From Rhizodiscina lignyota (taxonomy: Eukaryota): a stretch of 64,000 bases of DNA. Position 1 is the first letter of the stretch; every line of letters starts with the position of its first letter. Of the stretch, positions 12,656 to 27,126 are shown one piece after another. The notes under the pieces are model-generated. The model ran no database searches and was not told the DNA's origin. It saw only the letters and a program-made list of their open reading frames with translations. The stretch is from positions 62,001 to 126,000 of the forward strand of contig ML978126.1 in assembly GCA_010015805.1 (NCBI GenBank), written 5' to 3'. Both the position numbers and the translations under genes were made by a program.

Positions 12656-15188
12656 CTAAACTTTGATTATGCCTTGCGCTAAAGAAACCTCCTGAAATCG
12701 GATAACAATAGAGTGGATATTTACTGGCGGCAAGAGCATTTCTGTCTTTTGCTCGAAACGGGATTCGAAGGTTCGAGAGACGGGCTGATATTCTTCCAGA
12801 GGACCTTCCGAAGCCATGCGTTTGTGTGCAACGGATAGGCTTGCATCAATAAGATCCATTACGAAATCTCCGACCTCGTAGCGTTCGGTGAGGATTTGGA
12901 ATGATTTCGCGCAAAGCAAGAGATCTGAGAGCGATTGTGGATTGCACGTCATCGAATTTTTGACGAAGAGATGGTGGAGTGTGAATGGTACGAGTAAAAA
13001 GATAATTCTGTAATGGGGTATCAGCATGCTATATCAGTAATGTAACGTAAAAGAGCGAGATAATCCCTCCGTTCTGAAGAGCATGACATACGCTGTCACA
13101 GGTAGAAATCCGACCAGTTTATTGGCCTCCAACGAACGGAAGATGTCCATTGTAGAGCAAACACTATCCCATAATGCACTTCTTGAAGGCTCTCGCATCA
13201 TGGCGGCCCATGGACTGAGAACTGCTCGTTCGGAGTTGAGACTCAGACTAGTCTGATGCAAGGTCGAAATCGTAAATCTACGCAGAGCGTTAGACCGTCT
13301 CGTGAAACAAATTACGGTGTAGTGACTGACTCATATGTAAGTTTCAGCAGACTTTGGTGGAGGAGGAAGGCGCTTCGATCTGGTTCGGTGGTATCTTCAG
13401 GCGGTACACTTGAAAGCAGCCCAGCGTGCTTGGCACGAAAGAGAGAGAGGCTGGCATCTGAGTCTTCAATCTCACCTAATGCTGACTTCGCCAATCCGCC
13501 CGAGGCATATTCGGGAACAGTGCTACTTGGATTTCCCCGTTCCAAGAGCAGCCGGCATATAGAAACCATATGACGCGTCAATTCCACTCTGGCAATGAAG
13601 TACTGAGCAAGATCCCTTTTCGTATCCGCCTCGAGGAACCAGGAGAAACTCAAGTCACTCTCTAGCTCAGGGAGAGTGATCGAATCGATCGGAACAGAGA
13701 TTATTTCGGGTTCGCTCGTTGCTTTGAGTCCAAGAACCATGCCAATTGCGCGCATCAACCAGCAGGAATAGACCCTTTTCCAGTGTGTCGAATCAGGAAC
13801 ACTGGGGTCCGATGCTTTGACTTTCAACATTCCATTGGCAGCCTTGAAACGACGGAAGCCTTCTAGAATCCAACGCTCGTTGTCGTAGAACGAATTCAAG
13901 TACGAACGTTGAAAGCTGAGTAGGACACAAATCTGTAATCGGCTGAAATCATCCGTTTCGCAATCTGATTCATACAGAATTTTGGCTCTGGTGAAAAAGG
14001 CATCGCGCATTTTGCGAATAGATTTGAATCCTTCAGCTTGGGCGTCTTCTTGAGTAATATACTTGAACCCAAGTCAGCAAATATTCACCAATGTCTGAAA
14101 TAAACGTACGGTACTTGCGATGAACAGAACAGCATTCAGCAATGCCAGACTGATTGGTTTGATATTCCCTTGCTCATTGGATAGTCCATCTGCATGCAAT
14201 ATAGAGCGGAAGTCGCGCTCAGTTAGAATCGGCCAGCTTGGATGAAAGTATATGAAGTATAATCGGACAAGTTTATTTACTATTTGTAGTCGCGGGATAG
14301 AAGTCGCCCTGGATGAGGCGATCTTGGTGCGTTGTTCGCTTGTGAGATCTTGTGGCGACCAGGCCTTAATCCAAGGATACAGTGACGAAAATGCTTGAGA
14401 TCCGGCTATACTCGAGTTAGATTCTGTTCGAAAGCTCGCCGAACTACAAGGGCTCCATTGGCCCGTAGAAGCTGTATCCTGTAATTCTGCTTGCTGACTC
14501 TGGTCCCCGTTGAATTGAATATAGTTGGTCAACCAATCCCCGTCTCCGGGAGTTGGAGAGTAATGAATGCCTCGAAGAGATATGTCAATGTGCTCAAAAA
14601 GATCCGGATAACGTCCTTCTAGTCCGGCTACGCGGTCCTGCCTTACATTTCCTCCAGCTAGCCGGGCACTCTGCAATTCTCTTTGCTCGATACCTTCAGA
14701 ACTGTCTAGATTCAACCCAAAGAACATCTCAGCATTATCAAATACGGCAGTCGGATCACTGGTCGGTAATCCTTCTTGAGGGCCTACTCCGCTGGTGTTT
14801 TTCGAATGGGGTTGAACCGACTGTACCGTTGTTTGACCATTCGGATGCGCCTTAGTAGATGAGATGTGTGAGGCTGCTTTGCTTCGACGCTGGCGACTGA
14901 CCATTGTCAGCGTGCAGGCCTTGCTCTCAAAGCATGTGTAGGGTCACTGTTCATGATCTCGACGTACTGGTTGGTTGGCACGATACATTGGACACTGTCA
15001 AACTCGCAATTGGTACACAAGCGCGGATAGCGAAGTAACACGTCGCATCTCACTTTACGAGACCTGCATGCAGCACATGCCTTCGCCGCTCTTCGATGCT
15101 GCAGTCGGCGCTCTGGCAGCTGTGGAATACCATCAGACAGGATTTGGGCTGTTCCTGGAGGCGTGTCGGGCTGTCGCAGTTGGGCCAT
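12656..15188 (-). CDS. Zn(II)2Cys6 transcription factor, Ctf1beta/FarB-like, with fungal-specific TF domain, 5 exons
   Basis: RRAAKACAACRSRKVRCDVLLRYPRLCTNCEFDSVQC; downstream exons with LYFIYFHPSWPIL, SLALLNAVLF, RDAFFTRAKILYESDCETD, WKRVYSCWLMR. Confidence 0.87.
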
Positions 15189-16198
15189 TGTTTAGGGAGA
15201 CTGATGGTAGAACAATATCGAGCTGGTGGAGTAGAGTACTCTATCCGAGCTCGGCGTATCGTAAGATCTCCAGATCATTGCAATTAAACATTTTGACGGG
15301 AAGAAGTATTCTTTTAGAAGAAACAGTTGAACGCTTGTTGCGAGTCAACACCGTTGTGTCCGACGATATGTCAGCGATCCGTTGCGGGGAAATAAGGAGG
15401 TTTTGCTGTGTCGCGTGTATCCTTGCGTCCTTTAGTGTAACTACAAACTACTCCTGGTAAACTTCAAAGCCTACAATGGCGTTCATCAGAGTTTTCTACG
15501 CGCTTTTGCTGCTTTCGATCCGCCTGCCCACATCAGTGCTTCCAAAAATCCGTCCATGAGGTCTTCTCTCCTCCGTAAGCGGTCATAGCTTGGCTTTTTC
15601 CAGGTTCAGCTTATCATGCTGAGAAACGGACGAACAGCAACGCTCTTAAACTCGTCGATGCGGCACTTTAAAAGAAACGATACAGCAGGCTCAGCTGTCA
15701 TGGATACTCAGCCTTTCAACTGGGAACTTAAGGCGACAAATGCAAGGGGCTACCATCGTGTCTCCGATGAAATCATGGAAATGGACGGTTTTCCGGATCC
15801 TGCGGAGTCAGCCGCTGAAGTCGCCTAGGGCAACAGATCTCAAAAGAGCTTGCAACTCGGCAGGATACTCATGAATAGGACGGAGCTGACGGATATCCAC
15901 AGGTATGGCCGTATTTGTAGTTAGTCCTTTTTAGGATTATCACTCTGCTGCCTGGTACCAACTGCTTATCGTTAAGGGACGGGATATTATATGATGACTC
16001 GCAAAATGCTTACCTTGTCTGCATGGGTAAATCATTCGACACGAGAGAAGCTGGTAACGTGAGACAGCTCCAGCTGGTACATATGTCGTTTTCGTTTGCT
16101 TCGAAGCTCTCCTCCTCTTCAGAAGTTCGGGCTGCCACTCACAACTGCTTTGCTTCCTTCAACTCTTTCGTGGATTAGTCGATCATCTTCTTATCAAT

Positions 16199-17506
16199 AT
16201 GGCATCGCAAACCGCCCAGGGCCCGTATAGTGTCCATATCCTCGAGAAGAAGGATTATACGAAGCAGCATATTGTGGAATTCAATGAGCCTCTTCCACCT
16301 CTGGCACCCTCTTCCGTCCGCGTTCAAACTTCGCTCATTTCTCTAACGACAAACAACATCACCTACGCGCGATTGGGCCATGTTCCAATGTTTAACTGGT
16401 GGGACGCCAGTCCACTGCCGTTCAAAGAAGGAGAGTACTCGAATTCCGAAAAGTATGGCCGCGTGAATGCCTGGGGCATTGGTACGGTGATAGAGAGCAC
16501 CGCCGAATTTGTTCCTGTTGGAACAAAGTTGTTCGGTTATCATCCGATTGGCACTCTTCCCGCGGACAAGGTTGTCAAAATCTCCGAGCTGCCTGGTATG
16601 ATTGACGACATATCAGAGCACAGGAAATCCCTCTTTCCCGGATACAATCAGTATTACATTCTTGGAGAGCGCGACGCAAATAGCGACAAAGCCCAGGCTT
16701 ATTTTTCTCTCTTCTGTGTGTTCTTTGAGACTTCATATCATATCAATAGGCTCTCCTTCTCTTGGGAGCCTTCTGTCGGCGCCGTGAATCCACTCGGACT
16801 GGAGGTACCGCCACCTCTGGACACCTGGACGAAGGAGCGCGCCGATCTGAAGAGAGCCGTTGTTGTCATTCTGTCCGCTTCTGGCAAGACAGCACTATCA
16901 CTCGCGTATGCACTACGATTCCTTCGTCCGGAGAGTGAACGACCAAGAGCCGTATTCGCCGTGGGATCCGAGGCATCGCGTAGCTTCACCGAAAGCACTA
17001 AGCTGTATGATGGTGTTTTGAATTACGACTTGGCCAAGTCTGATTCTTCACAAGTTGCGGAAAAACTTGGGCTTTCTGCACAGGATAAGATTGTACTTGT
17101 CGACTTCGGTGGACGTGGGGACTCATTCGAACTTTGGCGAGAGTCATTACGATCCATTAGCAACAACGTCCCGGCTATTAGAATGGCTGAATCGGTCCCT
17201 GAACACGTCCAAGACATCGACGAAGTGAATGCTTCATTCGGCAGTATGCTTGACGCTGCCAAAGACACGTACGTTGGAAACGCTTTTGGCATGCGAAACG
17301 CTGGCATGGCACTTCTCGGTACAAAGACGTATATGACAGACTTTCGCAATGCATTCGAAGGCTTTATGGAAAGTCACTGCGTCCAGTGCGTGAAGCCCAT
17401 GTGGGGAGAGGGGACGTCTGGAGCAACTGGCGTTGAAGGTGGATGGACAAAGCTCACTTCCGGACACGTCGACCCCGCCTCCGGGCTTGTTTTTCGACTT
17501 ACCTGA
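16199..17506 (+). CDS. DUF2855 family protein, single exon, 435 aa
   Basis: SLTTNNITYARLG...WWD, YGRVNAWGIGTVIES, VGTKLFGYHPIG, LSASGKTALSLAYAL motifs typical of DUF2855. Confidence 0.8.
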   Translation: MASQTAQGPYSVHILEKKDYTKQHIVEFNEPLPPLAPSSVRVQTSLISLTTNNITYARLGHVPMFNWWDASPLPFKEGEYSNSEKYGRVNAWGIGTVIESTAEFVPVGTKLFGYHPIGTLPADKVVKISELPGMIDDISEHRKSLFPGYNQYYILGERDANSDKAQAYFSLFCVFFETSYHINRLSFSWEPSVGAVNPLGLEVPPPLDTWTKERADLKRAVVVILSASGKTALSLAYALRFLRPESERPRAVFAVGSEASRSFTESTKLYDGVLNYDLAKSDSSQVAEKLGLSAQDKIVLVDFGGRGDSFELWRESLRSISNNVPAIRMAESVPEHVQDIDEVNASFGSMLDAAKDTYVGNAFGMRNAGMALLGTKTYMTDFRNAFEGFMESHCVQCVKPMWGEGTSGATGVEGGWTKLTSGHVDPASGLVFRLT

Positions 17507-18038
17507 AGACATTCTTACTTTTAAGTTCTCAGAAGGATCAATTCTCGTCTTGTGGCTTCTGCACAGTTGTCATACATAAACCCACAGTATCACAGAATTC
17601 CATATTCCGCGCTTTATCATGGTTGCCTATTTCAGTTACAAATTGATTTTTGGCTGATTATATAAGTGAATATGCTTCGGTTGCTTAACCAAATCAATTA
17701 AATACTTAGTTGGTTTGAAAGAGCAGGTAATGAAGAGCTCACGCTCGGAGTGTTGACTCCCTTTGTATTTCCGCGTCTCCATGTCGGGCTTATGTCTGGC
17801 AGATCATATCGATCCTTCGCACCCAAGCATTATCTCGAAACGACAAACGCACGACAAACGTCTGAAGCAGAGTCCTGACCAGCACATTTCGATGCTCCGG
17901 TATATATACTAGTGTACCTGGTCGCGGAGACTTTTCTCATTGTCAGCAGCACGGTAACCAGTTCTTTTGATAAGATCGATTCCGCTCATAGCGTTTGCTC
18001 CTTCACTATCCATTAGGTTATCCTTTCATCAATTCAGA

Positions 18039-20328
<2,290 letters not shown>

Positions 20329-20404
20329 AAGTTTCTCATACGGATGGCGACCAATCGACAGAAGAGCTTCCGAGGAATCTTCATTCAACGTAACCTACGA
20401 GCGT

Positions 20405-21039
20405 TCAGATGCCGTACAATGTATTCAACTCCTTCAAGAGCTGTGCGAAGTCACTTTGTCCTGCTTGTGCTCGTCGCTCAAATTCTGCCTTGCTGGCCTT
20501 CAACCAAGCGAAATCATCACCGCCCTAATCAAATTCTTCAGAACTATCTTCTATGTTCTCGCATATGAATCATGCTTACCTTTGGAAGTTCTAGACCGTT
20601 CTCAATTCCCGCCGTGAATCCGGGTACGGCAAGTAAAATTGTGAGCTCTTTGTCTCCGGCAGTGCTGGATGTCACGTTGAGGACCTTGTTCCAGGCATCG
20701 GATATGTCTTGAAGAAGCCCCAATAACTCCTCACGACTATGAGCCTCCGGCCGGACCTCAGCGGTTATCCGATTCGGTGATGTCTGCTCGGCGCGTGAGA
20801 TGGTGTGCCGCCTTCACCGAAGCAGAAGATGCTAAACAGAAAGGTGTGAGCTTAACACTACGTACCCTTCTTTTCCCTCCAGCATACGCAGCCTGACTCG
20901 ACACGTCGTGGAAGTATATCGATACAAATAGTGAGGGCACACCAAAGCTTGTCGAATGAATCTGAGTGATAGCCAGGGCCAATTGACCGGTCTCTTCAGC
21001 AGTAAGGCTGCAAGAGTGGAATACATCATACGTAGGCAT
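20405..21039 (-). CDS. tautomerase superfamily protein (cis-CaaD-like / Tautomerase_3), 3 exons
   Basis: Starts M-P (catalytic Pro1): MPTYDVFHSCSLT...LALAITQIHSTSFGVPSLFVSIYF; later exons AGIENGLELPK and GGDDFAWLKASKAEFERRAQAGQSDFAQLL*. Confidence 0.85.
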
Positions 21040-21695
21040 CTTGATACAATTCCGAGCAACACGGATATGTCTGACGGAGAAAGATATGCATGTCAAGTAA
21101 GGAATTGATGGTAACGAGCTTAAATAGATCTCCGAAATAATATCGGCCGAGAAATGCAGGAATCGGACCCCTATTATAAAGTGTACTCCCAGAGAATTAG
21201 CAATTATCATAACCTGAATCTGTTCTTGGTTGCCGCGATAATGTGTACACCTGAGTTTGTCATCAAAAATACTGCCCGATCCATAAATTCCCGTGACCTT
21301 GCGAGGTACTAACATTTTTATTCCACAAATGAGATCGTCCTGCGTGTTTCGCTGGAAAGAGGCTTGCGAAGTGTGCAGAGATAACGCTTAAAAGACAGAA
21401 TAAGGGTCAAAGCGACGCAGCACGAATTAAGAGTCCATTCTGAGGGGAATGAAGTCTCATAGGGCCGGACGTAATTGTTGGTGTTCGAAAGGACTTGGAA
21501 CCATTACATCTACTTGAACGAGTGTACACCAATCCCAGACTTGTTCTTTGGGATTCGCAAAGTTGAATATGCAGTAAGAGATAGCGCATCAATGCTTCTG
21601 AATTCGCCACTATCTCCGGAAGCGCTTGAATAAACGTGAGATTGACAAGATGATGAACCGAGCGTTAAGCTACCTCCTGTACGTTTGTCTTCCGC

Positions 21696-22328
21696 TTAAC
21701 CACGAAGTGGAAGGCCGCCAGTCAAGCCACCGATGATGCCGCCGAGGCCACCTCCGCCGCCGGCGCTGTTGAGGATACTGGTGAGAAGGCCATCGAGACC
21801 GGTAGTAAGGTTCAGATCGCTCAAAAGGTCGCCGATATCAATGTTGATTGGATCGCAAGTGAGGACATTTATACCCTAAGCCACCCACGTGTCAGTTTTC
21901 CATGCATTTCCAAAGATGTTTTAACTTACCGAGCCAGAACTACAGCAGTATACGGAATCACCTTCCTGGCAGTCCTCCCCCGAGCCCACAGCAATCTTGT
22001 GGGCGCTGTCATTATCACAAGCCTGACCCGCTTCACAGCAATAATAGTTTTGGTTGCTGCAAACAGGAGCATTGCCGCCTGTTATAATATCAGACAAGTC
22101 GACATTCTTCCTATTGTTGATCGACAGTTACGAACCAGAGCCTCCGCTGGAGCCGCTGCCAGAGCCACTACCAGAGCCACCGCCCGAGCCAGAGCCTCCA
22201 CTAGAGCCAGAGCCACCTCCACCAGAGCCATGATCTCCTCCACCACTGCCACCACTTCCTCCGGGAGTTGCAGCTGCTGAAACGGCAGCTGCTAGGGCAA
22301 AGAGAAAGAGAATGGAAGGAACCTTCAT
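21696..22328 (-). CDS. hydrophobin-like secreted protein with Gly/Ser-rich N-terminus, 3 exons
   Basis: Signal peptide MKVPSILFLFALAAAVSA; after two introns the frame gives eight cysteines in C-CC-C-C-CC-C order (C-X6-CC-X5-C-X15-C-X7-CC-X10-C), stop TAA 21696-21698. Confidence 0.82.
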
Positions 22329-23723
22329 GATTCTTGATGAAACGACAGAAGCTTGAGATATGAGCGGAGAAGCTTATGTTGGAAGTGTGAGAGCGAGAGT
22401 ACTGAAAGGACAAGAATGAAAGAGAATCTTCGCTCTTGATATACACAAGTCGGCGTCCTACCACATCCAGATCACGGGTAAGTGAAGTTCGAAGAAGGCG
22501 ATGCAGCTTTTGGCATTCGCATCCTGGCGATGGAGCTAAACCTCCATGCGTTGGGATTGTAAGTGGTACCAATATTGATAGATTTTCAACACGAGGGACT
22601 TGGACAGTGGGCACTTTCTTCGCAAGCCTCTCAAGGTGACAAGCTCTGCAGGTAGCAGCTGACCTTTGGAATGGGGTGATGTTCAAGAGGCTTCCGTTGT
22701 TCCTTCCAAGATGCGTTCCGTGGCGCGGAAAACAATGGCGGCCGGATCGTCGAGGTAAGGCACCATTGTCCGTCTCAGAAGAATTCGTACCCTGTTCCAA
22801 AGTGTGAGTGCGATATCGCCAAGAGGGTTTTGTCCTGGCAATCATACCATTGGACGCCAAAGACACAGAAGTCTCAGAATACGATCGCGGTGAAGCAGAA
22901 TTCGGTGGAGGCAGCAAGCTTTCGCTAATCTACAGCGAAGACCTGTGTAATTCATTAAGCGCATTGTGTTCATCTGACGGTCGTTCCAGAGTCCAGACAA
23001 TGTGATGGCTTGGACATATTGTGACCATGGTGACTAAATCGTTAACGTCAAACGTATATGATATAGCTTAGATCGGAAGGTGAACAATAATACACTACTT
23101 AGAAGGTCGTTACCTCGCCCATTCGTTACTAAGTTCCAGATCAGTTCAGGGTGTGGCTTCATGCTAAGCCGGCTTGCACGACATTTGCGCTACACAACAT
23201 CTCCGCAAAGTGCCGCATCTCAGATCTCCACGTGTATCCGTCGATCGATGGGACGTAGATGTGAGATCGGCAGGAGACTTATTACAAGGTACCTCTGGAG
23301 ATATAACTTATAAGTCAAAGTCTTGGTCAAACATGGCGTAGATGGTGGGATAGTGGCGTCGAATATGAATGGTGAGACGGTTCAAGTCAGTATGACTGAT
23401 TTGCTAATCTGCACTAGCAAGTTTAGTAGTATCTCAGAAGATGACAGTAATGACATAAGAGATGCGCTATGTGAGAGTTACAACATGACCTACAGACACA
23501 GATCATGAGTGGGCCATGCCATATCAGGAAATTTTAGCCATCCACAAAGCCAGTGGTATAGAGCGCCAGCAATGCAAAGCTCCCCATCCTTGAGTCCCGT
23601 ACAGTAGTAGTTCATGTGTCTATGAATTCGTCAAGCACTCATGCAATGAGCAAGCCATTTCTCCCATTGGGACCATTCTGCAGTGGCGCACCATTCTGTG
23701 CGCTGATGTTCGCTAGGACCTCA

Positions 23724-25220
23724 TCATTTCTTCTTCTTCTGTGGAGTACCGTGCAGTACCTCCGCACCACTTTGTTTCATGTTCGTGAGCGCGTGATCGA
23801 GCTTTCGCTTCTTGCGTTCGACTTGCTCGTGTCGTCCATGGACCTGTTGCTCGATCTCCTCTGCAACTGCCCGTTTGTGTTTCCGCGCAGCGCGAAATTT
23901 CTTCAGCAGGTCACCAAACTGTTCTAGAAACCAGTCGCCGGCCTCTTCCCATTCAGTCAACGTCAGAGAAGCGAAGAATTCAGCCATGTTGGTGGCATCC
24001 ATCGAGGCAACAAACGCCATCCTGGCAGAGAGGGCTTCGTCTCTGACCTGATCAGGAAGACGAAAAGGAGTGGCTGGATGATTAAGATCGAATGACTCTT
24101 GTTGCAGTTCTGAGTAATCCATTCGTTTGATGTAATCAGGTTCGTAATCTAGTGTGATTTTTTCCGCAGTGTTTTCCGTATTCGGAATTATAAAGTGGTC
24201 CCCATTCACGTTGTTTTGCTGATTAGAGGCCGGATTTACTGTGTCCGCATGCACAGTGGAGCTCTGTTGCTCTGGCTTGTGGATCGAATCAGGCTTTAGT
24301 TGACGAGTTGCAGGCGTCACGGTCTGCGCCAATGATGTTTCCTGAAGGGCGCGGCCACGGACGGCGACATTGCTATTGGCATGACCTGGTCTTGGAGGCG
24401 GCTGCTGTTGTAATTGACGAGGTCCCTGCGTAGGGTGCATAGTTGCTCCCTTGGAACCAACATTTCTCAGATCATGGGGGGTTTGTTGCATGCGCGTGAT
24501 GTTAAACCGGTGTTGTGGGACGTGGGTATCCTGCTCTCTTTCCATGGTTCCATGACCATGAACTTCATCAGTTGGGGAGGGATCATTTTCAGGGTCGCCA
24601 GCGGTAGTGGTTGGATACGAATTTCCTTCCTCGAAGATGGAAGTAGTCTGGCCACTTCTGAGCTGGAAGTGCTTGAACAATGCCACTGCCTCATCCCCAC
24701 GCGTCAAGGTCTGTTCCTCATACACCTCTCCTTCCTCGTAAAGCCCTCTTTCCTCATCGGAAAGGTCTGAGGATGCGTTATCGGAGTCCGAATAGTGAGG
24801 TCCCATCTCACCATCCTGGATTGTCTGTCGCTGAACAGGGTAGCCTTGAGGATAGATGTGTGCGTGAACATGGCTTGCAGAAGTTGCAGTGGTATCATCA
24901 GCATGTTCACTGTCGGTGTCGAACGGATTGGCAGCTCCTCGAGCGGGTTGTGCCGGTTGTGCAGGTCGTGGCGGTGGGGCCATACTACCTTGCCCGGCGT
25001 GATTGAGCTGCCCTTGTTGCGCCGCTAGATTGCTCCTTGTCACTCTCGGCTGGGAAATCCTTGAGCGTTGCGCTTCAATTGATCGCTTCTGGTTTGCCTT
25101 CATGAGATTCAAATCATCGTTCGCTCCATCCAAGGGAACGCGTTGCTGCTGAGGACGCGCGTCTGCCGGACTGTTCGAGCGCGCCTGACGATGCACGAAC
25201 TCCATCATGCGACTCGCCAT
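23724..25220 (-). CDS. ECM11: ECM11 (extracellular mutant protein 11) C-terminal domain protein
   Basis: Low-complexity N-terminus followed by LDYEPDYIKRMDYSELQQESFD...FFASLTLTEWEEAGDWFLEQF and a coiled coil, matching the fungal ECM11 domain. Confidence 0.75.
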   Translation of the reverse strand: MASRMMEFVHRQARSNSPADARPQQQRVPLDGANDDLNLMKANQKRSIEAQRSRISQPRVTRSNLAAQQGQLNHAGQGSMAPPPRPAQPAQPARGAANPFDTDSEHADDTTATSASHVHAHIYPQGYPVQRQTIQDGEMGPHYSDSDNASSDLSDEERGLYEEGEVYEEQTLTRGDEAVALFKHFQLRSGQTTSIFEEGNSYPTTTAGDPENDPSPTDEVHGHGTMEREQDTHVPQHRFNITRMQQTPHDLRNVGSKGATMHPTQGPRQLQQQPPPRPGHANSNVAVRGRALQETSLAQTVTPATRQLKPDSIHKPEQQSSTVHADTVNPASNQQNNVNGDHFIIPNTENTAEKITLDYEPDYIKRMDYSELQQESFDLNHPATPFRLPDQVRDEALSARMAFVASMDATNMAEFFASLTLTEWEEAGDWFLEQFGDLLKKFRAARKHKRAVAEEIEQQVHGRHEQVERKKRKLDHALTNMKQSGAEVLHGTPQKKKK

Positions 25221-25715
25221 CTTCTCAGTAGATCTCAAATAGCATTGAGATGATCTTGAGTGTGAAGAAGAAGAAGTAGAATACTGAGGCCTCGCCAGAG
25301 CTTGTCACGCGTGGGGCACACGTAGTCACGTGCAGCTTATCGCATCGGATAAGTGACGTGATCCCGATCGCGGTAAAGAGCGCGGTGGAGTTCCGAGTGA
25401 GACGTAGGTAAGCTCTTACCCAAAGTAGGTTAGTTCTCAGAGCTTGGCAGCCTGCAATACCCTTTCTAAGCTGTTGCCGGTTAGGCCACGTTATGAATAC
25501 TAACCAAATCAAGTAAGTGCCTATATAGTGTGCACCACGGCGCTCTCTAGCGCAGTTCCTGTGCTGCTTGACGATATGACGGAACCTCGGGCTCCAGGAT
25601 AAAGGAGCTGCTAAATTCATGTATTTCTCATCTATCTTAAACAGCTCTCGTCCTGTTATCTTTGATATCCTTAGAAACTCAGCTCGTGTACAACAATTAT
25701 AATTGAATCGTCGAA

Positions 25716-26763
25716 ATGGCTATTGGTCTGTTTTCGCTCCCGAATGAAATCCTCCTCCATATCCTCAACCCCATCCCCACTCACGAGCTCCTTCAACTGA
25801 CGCCAACCTCCCATCGGCTCTACGCCATCATTATTCGGATCCTGCATCAGCGTCTGCTCCTTGCCGCCGAACTTCCCGAGCGCACTCTTCTACTAGAATG
25901 TTATCATCCAAGTGTTCGACTTACCGAGCCACCATTGTACTGTACCTATCTGGGAACGGAGGGGTTGGATAGAGGTATAATTATATCGGAACAAGGCATA
26001 CCAGGCCACGACGTCCCAATTGGAAGACTTGGAGATTACAATCGTCTATACTCTACCTTTAAACCGCTGAGGCGTGCACCAGATCCGGCCGCACGGCGTA
26101 TGAGACATCCGGCTGGAGATATACCTGGGTCACGGACTTATCCGTCATCCTCGTCATGGATGGAAAAGGCCACGAGTTCGGGAGAGGTGGTGAAGCAGAC
26201 TCTGTCTCTGGACTGCCACGAGCTCTTTACACAGCTCATTGCTTCCGTAAATCTTGTCCGGTCAGGACCCCGGAGAGGACTCTTTTTCAATTTCACCGAG
26301 ATTGTTGATAAAGGCGTCGTAAGAGTTTGGAGGGAATGGCTAAAGCGGAGGGCTGATGGGACAACTGATTCGAGTGCGAAGGATGGCGGAAGATCCGTCG
26401 CCATTGGAACAGAAGGCATGCCGCTTGTTGCTACCGCTGAGGATGAAAAAATCCTGTGGACGGACTCTTTGAAGCGAGTTGGGTTGAAGTTCAATGTGCG
26501 TGAAAGAAGATGGAGACGCGATGGCCCTGTTCTTATGGTCGCCGAGGAAGAAGTCCCTGTTAGCTATGATGTCGAATTTGAAGGTATTTCATGTCCTTGC
26601 CAAAGTTAGCTGGAGTCATGATACTAATTCTTCTCACTTCGCAGAACTTCTCATTCGCACGTCTCACCTGGCTTTTAAAGTGGAGGAGTCTTTGATAGAG
26701 CAGAGCAGCCCTTCTGGGAAGGCTGTGGTCTTTGGATCATTTGCTAGAGAAAGCGCGTCCTGA
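25716..26763 (+). CDS. F-box domain protein, 2 exons
   Basis: N-terminal LFSLPNEILLHIL F-box; conserved LLLECYHPS and ELLIRTSHL blocks; intron ~26585-26644. Confidence 0.8.
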
Positions 26764-27126
26764 ATCACTTCCCCGAAATATATCCCTCGGCTGGAAGCAC
26801 TTTTTGGTTCACGGAATAGCCGGGATCAATGCGAGAAAGCACTCTTCCTTAGCGAGGACAAGCAACGCGGTTTCTGCCAACTTCAAAACGGCGTGACGTT
26901 TTCATTTCCCTTCGACACTGCGGATGGGTTCTTGACAGGAAGTAACTTCCCGAAGCGACACACGACTAACTTTACTTCTACAACGCATCGGGATCTTTCC
27001 TCAGCACCGATACAGCCTTCTCCCGAGAGTCTTTATTACTTTTATGCCCGAATACGCCCTTATGACCCTACAGTCTCTTACGTACACTTGCTCTTCTATA
27101 TTCTCTCGTTTACTCTTTGGCGATCA

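Noticed and set aside
22128..22130. Truncated Gly-rich 66-aa peptide
   Set aside because: The stop lies inside an intron; the spliced gene is the hydrophobin-like protein.
25300..25365. ACGCGT and GTCACGTG motifs between ECM11 and the F-box gene
   Set aside because: Plausible MCB/E-box sites but single short motifs that are common by chance.
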